This document shows, in pieces, positions 30,192 to 38,429 of a stretch of 64,000 nucleotides of DNA (position 1 is its first letter; each line of letters starts with the position of its first letter). The position numbers and the translations under genes are program-made. Where the stretch lies: the NCBI GenBank assembly GCA_034189085.1, contig JAXHVH010000005.1, positions 2,180 to 66,179 of the forward strand, in the 5' to 3' direction. Source of the DNA: Bacillota bacterium (GTDB lineage Bacteria > Bacillota > Dethiobacteria > DTU022). The notes beneath the pieces are model-generated. The model did not search any database. It was not told the origin of the DNA and saw only the letters and a program-made list of their open reading frames with translations.

Positions 30192-30686
30192 TCACCCCCT
30201 TTCTTCAAGCAGTGCTTCCCTGAGCATTATTCTGCCGCGGTATAGCCTGTTTTTAACAACACTCAGTTCGAGTCCCAGGGTTTCAGCAATTTCCGCATAA
30301 TTCAGTTCACCAGCATGCCTCAGGAGGATAATTTCCCGATACTGCTGAGGCAGTCCGTGCAAAACCCGGTAGAGTTCAGCTTCGCTTTCCTTTTCCAGGT
30401 AGAGATCTTCCGGGCTTTTATCCGCTGCCTGCTGAATTTTTTCCGGTGCCTCAACCGGTATTTCCCGGTGGATCCGGTTCCAACTTCGGCAGAGATTGGT
30501 GGCAATTTTAAAGAGCCAGGGACCTGCCGGCCTGTTCCGGTCAAACCTATCAAGGTGTTTGTAAGCACACACGAATGTCTCCTGGGCTATATCTTCGGCC
30601 TGCTCCCGGCTCCCGGTATAACGTAAAGCCAGGCGGTAGATGCGGTCTCCATATGTTTCAACCATTTCGCGGAGCAGTTTCTGCAC
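30192..30686 (-). CDS. ECF RNA polymerase sigma factor
   Basis: AEDIAQETF, WLFKIATN and YAEIAETL...VKNRLYRGR motifs. Confidence 0.92.
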   Translation of the reverse strand: MQKLLREMVETYGDRIYRLALRYTGSREQAEDIAQETFVCAYKHLDRFDRNRPAGPWLFKIATNLCRSWNRIHREIPVEAPEKIQQAADKSPEDLYLEKESEAELYRVLHGLPQQYREIILLRHAGELNYAEIAETLGLELSVVKNRLYRGRIMLREALLEERG

Positions 30687-30759
30687 TTTAACACCACCAA
30701 TTATCTCTCCCCATAATATTAATACGCATAAAAAATGAAAAAGTCTGATCAAAATAAAA

Positions 30760-30787
30760 AAAACCGGCCCTTTCGCCGGTAATTTTT
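30760..30787 (-). terminator. Intrinsic terminator, possibly bidirectional
   Basis: ACCGGC-ccttc-type loop-GCCGGT hairpin flanked by A and T tracts. Confidence 0.6.
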
Positions 30788-30802
30788 AAAATTTCTTCCC
30801 CA

Positions 30803-31747
30803 TTATGGCAACCGTGCCTCACCGGTGGATGTGATTTCCACCCGGCTGTGAGAGAAAGAAACGGCTTTGACTCTATCACCTTCGATTTGCATTTCAACCA
30901 CAGTCAAATCAGGACCGCCAATCTCAATGCCCCCGCCTGATTCAAGATGAAGGATAACCGTTTCACTATTATCACCACCGCGGCAGCTTAATTCTTTCGC
31001 TGCAAAAATTGCTACAGCAATAGCTATCGATCCGGTTCCGCAGGAAGGCTCGAAAAAATTATCCCGGACATAATGGGGAAAAATTACCCTTAAATCGCCT
31101 TCATGCTCGGGTTTCCAATCATAAACGGCAACATTCGGTTCCTTTTCCCCGGTTACCGCCATGAAGTCATCCTGCAGGGCAGTCACTGCCTCCCGGGTGG
31201 TACTGTTCCATCTGGAAAAATCAGAATCTGGATAAACCTTCCTGAACTTATCAGCATTTATGATTAAAAATTTGCCGGATTGCATTACATCAAGATCCCC
31301 CAACCGCAGCGGTCGAACACCGCGCTTGTAACAATCTCCGACAAAACTGCTTATATCTGTTTTAATGCGGCGGGCTTTCCCCGCATCTGTTTCAATGATC
31401 AGAGGGGTTAAACCACACTCCGTTTCAAGTATAACCTTCACGGGATTAGAGGTGCCGTCTATACCAAACAATTTACCCAGACCGGTTTCAATAAGAGCAG
31501 CACCGAGCACCTGGGTAAAACCACCGCAGGCGTTGATAAAACAGGGCACAGTCGGGTCGGCTATTTTAACGGCAATCCGCCCCGGCCAACCAGTTTGATA
31601 GAGAATACCGGCTTCGTGGCCGTATAGATAATTAGGGCTCATCAGTTTAACTGCCGTTTCCAGTTCAAGGCCTGCCGGAATCTGTTCTCCACGCAGCAGG
31701 ATAATGAGGTTGCCCCCCATGTGCCCGCGGACAAAATCAAGTTTCAC
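30803..31747 (-). CDS. DapF-superfamily two-cysteine racemase/epimerase-like protein
   Basis: N-terminal GGN, NACGG and PSCGTG half-site motifs, parallel to DapF MCGNG/ACGTG. Confidence 0.6.
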   Translation of the reverse strand: MKLDFVRGHMGGNLIILLRGEQIPAGLELETAVKLMSPNYLYGHEAGILYQTGWPGRIAVKIADPTVPCFINACGGFTQVLGAALIETGLGKLFGIDGTSNPVKVILETECGLTPLIIETDAGKARRIKTDISSFVGDCYKRGVRPLRLGDLDVMQSGKFLIINADKFRKVYPDSDFSRWNSTTREAVTALQDDFMAVTGEKEPNVAVYDWKPEHEGDLRVIFPHYVRDNFFEPSCGTGSIAIAVAIFAAKELSCRGGDNSETVILHLESGGGIEIGGPDLTVVEMQIEGDRVKAVSFSHSRVEITSTGEARLP

Positions 31748-31806
31748 CAGATAAAATTCCTTTCATTTGAGCTTTTGATAAAGTTCGGATCCCCGGTTTT
31801 AACAAA

Positions 31807-31824
31807 GGGAATGAACTCACTCCC
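31807..31824 (-). promoter_or_regulatory. SECIS-like hairpin downstream of the Sec UGA
   Basis: mRNA GGGAGUG-AGUU-CAUUCCC; the loop starts 23 nt after the UGA and has G at its second position. Confidence 0.65.
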
Positions 31825-32215
31825 GCAGATGAAAAAGATTTCAGAAACAGTGCCCCGATTTGCGCACCTCGTTCATCCTTGTTTGCAGGCAGGGGCAAAT
31901 ATTTTCAGGAATATTCTCAAACCGACAGGGACAGTAAAAATCACCGTAGAGCCTGTTTTTTTCTATTAAACCTCCAATAACCAGTTCCTTGTCTTCATTG
32001 AAGGTATAGCCGCGCAGCCGGGCAAAATTTTCCGAACGATTGCGAATCTCAGTTTCTGGATCCTGAGGTCTGCGCTTCGCCAATATCTCCGGTTCCGTTT
32101 CCATTATTACCAGTTCAGCTCCACAAATGGGACAAATAATTTCCTGCCCCTTTTCAGGCTTCTCCCGATAAATAAAGGGAAGACGGCACACTTCACAATA
32201 AATTTTATTTTTCAT
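31817..32215 (-). CDS. Ferredoxin:thioredoxin reductase catalytic subunit with N-terminal Zn-ribbon; probable selenoprotein (Sec at 31841-31843)
   Basis: CEVC/CPIC ribbon, YCPCR, ICPC, then HCF-TGA-NLFHLRE-stop. The TGA aligns to the second Cys of the CxC motif. Confidence 0.85.
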
Positions 32216-32462
32216 TTTTCAAGGCCTCTTCAATTTCTTCTTTTTTAAAACCCTGAATAACCTGATCGTTAATCACCGTGACAGGAAAAGAACGCCTGCC
32301 GGTTAATTCCTCTACCTCGGCAAGAGCTTTTTGCTGCTCTTCACCCTGGGCCAGATCAACGTCGACAAAATCGTATTCAATATTATTATCTTCAAGCAGC
32401 TTTTTAACCTTCTTACACCAGGGGCAGGTACTCAAAGCATAAACTTTGATCACTTCCAACAC
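32205..32462 (-). CDS. Glutaredoxin/NrdH-like redoxin
   Basis: STCPWCKK and SFPV motifs; overlaps the FTR gene start. Confidence 0.9.
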   Translation of the reverse strand: MLEVIKVYALSTCPWCKKVKKLLEDNNIEYDFVDVDLAQGEEQQKALAEVEELTGRRSFPVTVINDQVIQGFKKEEIEEALKNEK

Positions 32463-32473
32463 CTCACAGTTTG

Positions 32474-34069
32474 TTATTGGCCACTTAAATCGCTGTTATC
32501 CAAAACAACAAATTTGGCCGTTGAAATTATATCAAGGTCCCTGACCTTATCCAGGGCTTCCCGGGACATCTCGTGGTCAACCTGCAGAATCATCATCGCT
32601 TCACCGCCGGCTTTTTTCCTTCCCAGCTGCATAGAAGCAATGTTAACCTGTTCCTCACCAAGAAGCGTACCGATCCTGCCAACTACCCCTGGCTGGTCGC
32701 TATGGGTGGTGATGAGCATGTATTTCGCCGGGATGATTTCAATATGATAGTTATCAACCCGGACAATACGGATATCGTTGTTTAAAAGTGTTCCCGAAAT
32801 ATGATGTCCTTCATTCCCGGAACGAGCACTAAGGGTTACCAGGCTGCTGTAGTTTTTAACTTCAGTGGTTGATATTTCACGCACGGTGATCCCTCTTGCT
32901 TTGGCTATGTAAGGGGCGTTGACCCAGTTTACTCCATCGCCGATGATGGGACGCAAAAATCCGATCAGGCACGAAATAGTCAGATGGCTTAACTGCAAAG
33001 AGGCTATTTCACCGCTGTAAGTCAGTTCTATCTCCTGCACATTCCCACCAAATAACTGCAAATAAAGGTTGCCGAGAACTCTCATTAATGGCAGGTAAGG
33101 CTCCAGGGCAGCCCTTGTTTCCGGAAGCAGGGTGGGTACGTTTACCGCCGAGACGATTGGTTCTCCCTGCAGAGCTTTCACTACCTGCTCCGCCACCTGT
33201 AACGCTACGTTGGTCTGCGCTTCACGAGTCGAAGCGCCCAGGTGAGGTGTGGCGATGACATTATCCAGTTCCAGAAGGCCGCATCCAACCGGGGGTTCCT
33301 TTTCAAAAACGTCTATAGCAGCTCCGGCGATTTTACCTTCCTGCAGGGCAGTGTAAAGAGCTTCTTCATCAATCAGACCACCCCGGGCACAGTTAACAAT
33401 ATGGGCATCAGGTTTCATCAGCTCAATTTCTTTAGCCCCGATAATGTGATGGGTGGAAGAACTGAGTGGAAGATGAAGAGTGATAAAATCGGCACTGGCC
33501 AGCAGCTCTTCAAGAGGAACTATCTCAATATTAATTTTTTCAGCCTGCTCAGCCGATATATAAGGATCGTAACCGATAACTTTCATCCTCATTCCCCTGG
33601 CCCGGCGGGCTACCTCGCTGCCAATGCGGCCGACTCCGACGATCCCGAGCACTTTACCGGTAAGCTCTACTCCCATGTATTCCGAACGCTTCCATTCTCC
33701 CTGTTTAAGAGAACAGCTTGCCTGGGCAATGTTTCTGGCCATGGAAGTGAGCAAAGCAATGGAATGTTCCGCCGCCGAAATAGTGTTGCCCTCCGGGGCA
33801 TTGAGAACCACAATACCCTTTTCAGTGGCCTTGTTTATATCAATATTGTCAACACCGACTCCTGCCCGGCCGATTACCTTGAGGTTCTTCGCAGCTTCAA
33901 TAACTGCTTCAGTTACTTTAGTCCGGCTTCTTACCACCAGGGCATCATAAACTCCAATTTCCTCAAGCAGTTGCTCCGGTGTTATCTTTGGTTTAAAATC
34001 AACCTCTGCATGCTCTTCCAGAATATTAAGGCCTTCTGCGGAAATGGAATCACTGACTAATATTTTCAT
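32474..34069 (-). CDS. serA: D-3-phosphoglycerate dehydrogenase
   Basis: RAGVGVDNID, GVGRIG, NCARGG, TPHLGAST and a C-terminal ACT domain. Confidence 0.96.
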   Translation of the reverse strand: MKILVSDSISAEGLNILEEHAEVDFKPKITPEQLLEEIGVYDALVVRSRTKVTEAVIEAAKNLKVIGRAGVGVDNIDINKATEKGIVVLNAPEGNTISAAEHSIALLTSMARNIAQASCSLKQGEWKRSEYMGVELTGKVLGIVGVGRIGSEVARRARGMRMKVIGYDPYISAEQAEKINIEIVPLEELLASADFITLHLPLSSSTHHIIGAKEIELMKPDAHIVNCARGGLIDEEALYTALQEGKIAGAAIDVFEKEPPVGCGLLELDNVIATPHLGASTREAQTNVALQVAEQVVKALQGEPIVSAVNVPTLLPETRAALEPYLPLMRVLGNLYLQLFGGNVQEIELTYSGEIASLQLSHLTISCLIGFLRPIIGDGVNWVNAPYIAKARGITVREISTTEVKNYSSLVTLSARSGNEGHHISGTLLNNDIRIVRVDNYHIEIIPAKYMLITTHSDQPGVVGRIGTLLGEEQVNIASMQLGRKKAGGEAMMILQVDHEMSREALDKVRDLDIISTAKFVVLDNSDLSGQ

Positions 34070-34236
34070 TTTTCTGCACCTCCGATTACTTCTGCTACTG
34101 GTGTTTTGATTTTAATAATAAATACTATATCATATCACCGGCGGAGTTCCAACTCGGTCGAACAATCTCACCTGTTAAACCATGCCACCCCTTCCTAAAC
34201 AGGTCGGTAATGTAAATCTAAGGGCCTGTGATCCAT

Positions 34237-35370
34237 TCAATTGGACGGGGAACTGACAAGCATTATCGCCCCCTGCGGGCATAGTTCATGGCAACAGTAA
34301 CAGCGGATACATTCATAATGTTCGATACTGGCCTTACCATCGGTTATTCTGATCAACTGGGTTGGACAGGCTTCCCGGCAGATTCCGCAACCTGTGCAGC
34401 GCTCCCTGTTTACCAGTGGATAGGGACGACGTGCGTAAAAGATATTTCTTAAAATAGCCACCGGGAAAAGGGCAACCAGCCAGCTCAATTTGCCGGTTGC
34501 CGCCGGGCCTCTATCAAAATCGGCTACCTTTGCTTCTTCAATCGACAAACCGACAAGATCAATATCAGCCTGTTCAGCCCCTGTTAATTTCAAAGCCCTC
34601 GCGGCGGCAACGGTCGTCACCTGATCCGGGGAAAAACCCAGGACTTCTGCAGCCACCGTATCCAGGGCAACGGGGCTGGGCGAACCCATCAGCAGGCCCA
34701 GCTGCCGCGGTTTCCCCCGGCGGGGGCCCGGCCCTTCCATACCTACAACTGCATCAAGCACTGAAAAAGCGGGTTTCACCGCCAGCGATACGCCAAGCAG
34801 TAGCCTGGAGAAATCGAACGGGAGAGGATGCTCAAGGTGAAATCTTTTTTTGTTGCCACCCACTACACAGCCGAAAAGGTTTTTCACCGCCCCGGTCATG
34901 CCGGTTAATGAATGTGTCTTCAATTTGCCCACATTAATAACCAGGTCAACCTCATCCAGTTCTGCCGCCAGGGGAAGTGTTTTCAGGCCGCTGATTGTTG
35001 ATTCCACTTCTTGGATCTTTTCAAATATAAGCATTTCCGCCCCTGTTTTTTTCATCACTTCATCCAGCCCGGAAACCCTGTGGGCAAGCTCCTGCCCGTC
35101 ATTGCCCGGGCTGTCTCCGATGAATACTTTCCCTCCCGCTTCCTGGATCATCTCCACCAGAACCTGGACTATCAGTGGATGAGTAGTAACTGCCTCAGCC
35201 GGCGGGACAGCGGCCAGCAGGTTTGGCTTGATAAGAACCTTCTGCCCTCGATTTATTACTGCTTCAATCCCGCCAAAAGGTTTAAAAATTTCTTTTAAAC
35301 CCTGCCGCACTTCCTCAGGATGATAATGTTTGCAGCCCGTGATAACCACTTTATCTCGCCCTGAATTCAA
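34237..35370 (-). CDS. DUF362 domain Fe-S protein with C-terminal 2x[4Fe-4S]
   Basis: VLIKPN, TTHP, KLKTH, KNLFG, MEGPGP; CTGCGICREACP and CIRCYCCHELCP. Confidence 0.88.
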   Translation of the reverse strand: MNSGRDKVVITGCKHYHPEEVRQGLKEIFKPFGGIEAVINRGQKVLIKPNLLAAVPPAEAVTTHPLIVQVLVEMIQEAGGKVFIGDSPGNDGQELAHRVSGLDEVMKKTGAEMLIFEKIQEVESTISGLKTLPLAAELDEVDLVINVGKLKTHSLTGMTGAVKNLFGCVVGGNKKRFHLEHPLPFDFSRLLLGVSLAVKPAFSVLDAVVGMEGPGPRRGKPRQLGLLMGSPSPVALDTVAAEVLGFSPDQVTTVAAARALKLTGAEQADIDLVGLSIEEAKVADFDRGPAATGKLSWLVALFPVAILRNIFYARRPYPLVNRERCTGCGICREACPTQLIRITDGKASIEHYECIRCYCCHELCPQGAIMLVSSPSN

Positions 35371-35404
35371 CCCGCTCACTCCTTTCCCTGCCGTACTGAT
35401 TTTA

Positions 35405-36130
35405 TCACAGTAAGGCTGCCGCTTCACAGTCCACTATGACAGTGCAGTTGCGATGCATCTGCAACAGCGAGGAGGGAACGGTGGTGGTGATTTTACCACT
35501 GACTGTTTTTTTAATAGCCCGGGCCTTATTTTTTCCGCTGGCCAGAAGAAGAATCTTTGCCGCATGCATGATCGAACCCATCCCCATAGTTACAGCCTGT
35601 TGCGGGACTTCTTCCCGGCTGTTAAAAAAACGGCTGTTGGTTTCAATTGTTTCTTCTGCCAGCTCAACAAGATGCGTGTAAACATCCAGGGAGTCGGCCG
35701 GCTCGTTAAAACCAATATGGCCGTTAACCCCGATCCCCAGGACCTGTAGATCAATTCCGCCTGCTTCCTCTATTTTCTGTTCGTATTCCCTGCAGGATCT
35801 GGCCATATCTTGAGGTGACGATTCCGGCAGATGAATGCGGCGCGGATCAATATTGACATGATCAAAAAAATGGCGGTGCATGTAGGAATAATAGCTCTGG
35901 GAATGCTCGCGAGGAAGCCCCGTATATTCGTCGAGATTAAAGGTGGTCACCCCACTGAAATCAATTTTGTTATCTCGATGATAACCGGCCAGAACTGCAT
36001 ACATCCCTTCCGGAGTGGAACCAGTGGCCAAACCCAAAATTGCCCTGCGGTTTTGCTTAACCTCGGCGGCAACAATTTCAGCTGCTTTTTCACTTAACTG
36101 ATCATAACTTTCAACAACCCTGAGTTCCAT
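35405..36130 (-). CDS. nagB: Glucosamine-6-phosphate deaminase
   Basis: GLATGSTP, FNLDEY and GIGVNGHIGFNEP motifs. Confidence 0.96.
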   Translation of the reverse strand: MELRVVESYDQLSEKAAEIVAAEVKQNRRAILGLATGSTPEGMYAVLAGYHRDNKIDFSGVTTFNLDEYTGLPREHSQSYYSYMHRHFFDHVNIDPRRIHLPESSPQDMARSCREYEQKIEEAGGIDLQVLGIGVNGHIGFNEPADSLDVYTHLVELAEETIETNSRFFNSREEVPQQAVTMGMGSIMHAAKILLLASGKNKARAIKKTVSGKITTTVPSSLLQMHRNCTVIVDCEAAALL

Positions 36131-36158
36131 TGTTTAAAACACTCCTGTCCCTTCAGTT

Positions 36159-37061
36159 TCAAAAAATCTCTTCTTTTTCTTCGGTAGTATAAAAAAGGGC
36201 CGCTAATTCATCTGTACACGGAGAATTGGCAAGGGTTAAAAGTTTCTTTTCAGCGGCAAGGCGCCCGGATTGAGCTTCCTTTTCCAGTTTTTCGAGTTTA
36301 GCGGGAACGCCCGCTTCTTCAGCCAGCCGTTTAATCCGGTTATAAAGAACACGGCTGCCATAGAGAAATTCCCCTTCATCCAGGATCTTGGAAGCAATCA
36401 TAGCTTTGAAATCATTGAATTTAAGCTGCTCCTCAACTGCCTGCAGATCCTTGATCACGTAATCAACTTCTTCTTTGACAGCAGGATTCAGCAGGAGGTT
36501 GTATTTTTCACGGTACAGCAGTTCGTCAAAACGGGCCAGAATTGTCGGTGGCAGTTTTTCAGCAACGACAATAATGTCGAGGTCCGATCCCCTGACCAGT
36601 TCACCGGTGGAAGGTTCCGGCCTCGGTTCGGCATGGGCCATGTTATAAACAACATCGCCGGCAATGATAATGCAGGCGTTCTCCTCGAACAGCGGCCCGC
36701 TTTCACAGTTTTTTATCGTACGACCAATGACCTCCCGGGCCAGCTCTTTTTTACGCCTGCTGATCAGGCAGATTTCATCGGCCAGGCGGCCAGCAAGAAA
36801 CGCGACCTTTTCTTCATCTCCGGCTGCTCCAACCACCGTGTAATTTAAGAATTCCCTCATGATGGAAGGTGAAAGTCTGGCATACCCAGTCACCCGTCGA
36901 TCCAGCCTTAAATATCGTCTACCCACAACTTGCCACCGCAATTGATCCGATATGGTGCATTCCCGCCAGGCTGTGTAGGAATCCAGGCCTGATGATTCAA
37001 CAATTTCTTTGCCCGTCAGGGGCCCGCTCCGGCGCAGTAATCTGAGCAACTTATTCATCAT
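36159..37061 (-). CDS. Uncharacterised protein: N-terminal wHTH-like region plus Pol-beta-type nucleotidyltransferase motif
   Basis: GPLTGKEI helix-turn-helix-like start; IIIAGD...GSDLDIIVV...EVDYVI catalytic-triad-like pattern. Confidence 0.6.
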   Translation of the reverse strand: MMNKLLRLLRRSGPLTGKEIVESSGLDSYTAWRECTISDQLRWQVVGRRYLRLDRRVTGYARLSPSIMREFLNYTVVGAAGDEEKVAFLAGRLADEICLISRRKKELAREVIGRTIKNCESGPLFEENACIIIAGDVVYNMAHAEPRPEPSTGELVRGSDLDIIVVAEKLPPTILARFDELLYREKYNLLLNPAVKEEVDYVIKDLQAVEEQLKFNDFKAMIASKILDEGEFLYGSRVLYNRIKRLAEEAGVPAKLEKLEKEAQSGRLAAEKKLLTLANSPCTDELAALFYTTEEKEEIF

Positions 37062-37882
37062 CCGCTTCTCTTCCCCAGATCAATCAGTTGCTGAGTTTGC
37101 CTGATTTTAATAATCATCCCGGGAGGATAGTATCCCCTCGCTGTTCCATTGGGATAAAGCAGGCATCCTTTCCCCAGCAGGGTTCCGGGAGAAGTTACAC
37201 TGTTGCAGCCGGTTTCCACTCCATCAGCCAGTACAGCCCCGAATTTGCGCAGACCCGTTTTATAAGTCTTTCCATCGATATTAAGGACCACCGGCGTATC
37301 GGTCATCTTCAGATTGGCCAGTTTTGTCCCGGCACCCAGGTTAACCCTGCCGAGAATACTGTCCCCAATATAAGCGAAATGGCCTGCCTTGCTCTCTCCC
37401 AGCATCAGTGATGATTTCATCTCCGTGGCATGACCAACCACGCAGCTGTCGCCAACTATAACCCGGCCCCGGATATAGGCACCCTGCCGGATTTCAGTAT
37501 GATCGCCGACAAAAGCAGGCCCCTTGATCAAAGCCCCGGGTTCAACAACAGTTCCCCTGCCGATGTAAATGCTCTCATCCATCAAAAAAGCTCCGGCATA
37601 AATGATACTCGCTCCTTCAAGAACGGTGCCATCTTTTTCAATCTGTGGTTTTTTACCGGAAAGATCAATCTGGAAACCATCCCTGATAACCCGCCCGTCG
37701 TAGATAACAGTGGTCCTGTCCACCATCTCTTTCCCTTTTCTGACTGCTCCCACATTGGGCTGCAGGTTGTCCTGGAGGAAAGGCTCAATTTTTTTCAGTG
37801 CTTCCCAGACATAATCAGTGCCCTCGAATATTTCGGCAAAGGAAACTGTTCTCAGATCAAAATAGTCAGAAGCATTTAACAT
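37058..37882 (-). CDS. Stand-alone left-handed beta-helix acyltransferase (GlmU C-terminal/archaeal GlmU-like)
   Basis: Hexapeptide repeats; HFAYIGDSILG, NLGAGT, TGLRKFGA and GCNSV motifs; no N-terminal NTP-transferase domain. Confidence 0.82.
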   Translation of the reverse strand: MLNASDYFDLRTVSFAEIFEGTDYVWEALKKIEPFLQDNLQPNVGAVRKGKEMVDRTTVIYDGRVIRDGFQIDLSGKKPQIEKDGTVLEGASIIYAGAFLMDESIYIGRGTVVEPGALIKGPAFVGDHTEIRQGAYIRGRVIVGDSCVVGHATEMKSSLMLGESKAGHFAYIGDSILGRVNLGAGTKLANLKMTDTPVVLNIDGKTYKTGLRKFGAVLADGVETGCNSVTSPGTLLGKGCLLYPNGTARGYYPPGMIIKIRQTQQLIDLGKRSG

Positions 37883-37923
37883 GATATCACCTTCCTGGAA
37901 AAAGTAGATTGCAACGATCAGCT

Positions 37924-38410
37924 TTAGCTGCGGCCCGGACGCTGATGATCATCATTGAACCTGATTAAAAATCTCTCCATACGAAATCGATTGTATCTCT
38001 GGGTCATGATACAGGGCATGTTAACCGCCAGCCCATAAAGAACCATTATAATCCCCACTTTCCAATCCACCCCTCCAGCAGATCACCCAAACCGCCTGGA
38101 TACACGCGAAAGTTTATCACTCCCCGGCCGCCGTAGCAGTTGACAGGAAAACCGCTGCCCTGAAAAAGCCTGCCCACTGTAAAATAGTCACTGCGCCCAC
38201 ATATGATGCAGGGACCGAAGCAGCAGGGGAAGGCGTTTTTCTTCATTCCGCGCCGGAATCACTATCGATACTGTATTGTTACCGGCACGATTAAAACGGT
38301 TGCTGTCTCCTCTTTCCCTTTCTTTTTGCAGAAGGGGAATAATTTTCCAGAGCAGCCAGAAACCGCACAGCCAGAAAAAACCCTCAAATAATAGTGAAAG
38401 TCTATAACCC
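37924..38410 (-). pseudogene. Collapsed remnants of crtQ-like GT2 glycosyltransferase and crtO-like acyltransferase
   Basis: Three minus-strand frames give TM+VSIVIPARNEEKRLPLLL, FGPCIICGRSDYFTVG/FRVYPGGLGDLLEGW, and IMVLYGLAVNMPCIMTQRYNRFR. Confidence 0.75.
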
Positions 38411-38429
38411 GAGCCTCTCTCCCCGCCGG

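Noticed and set aside
38046-38246. 66-aa Cys-rich ORF as a RiPP precursor or Zn-finger protein
   Set aside because: Better explained as the middle fragment of the crtQ pseudogene.
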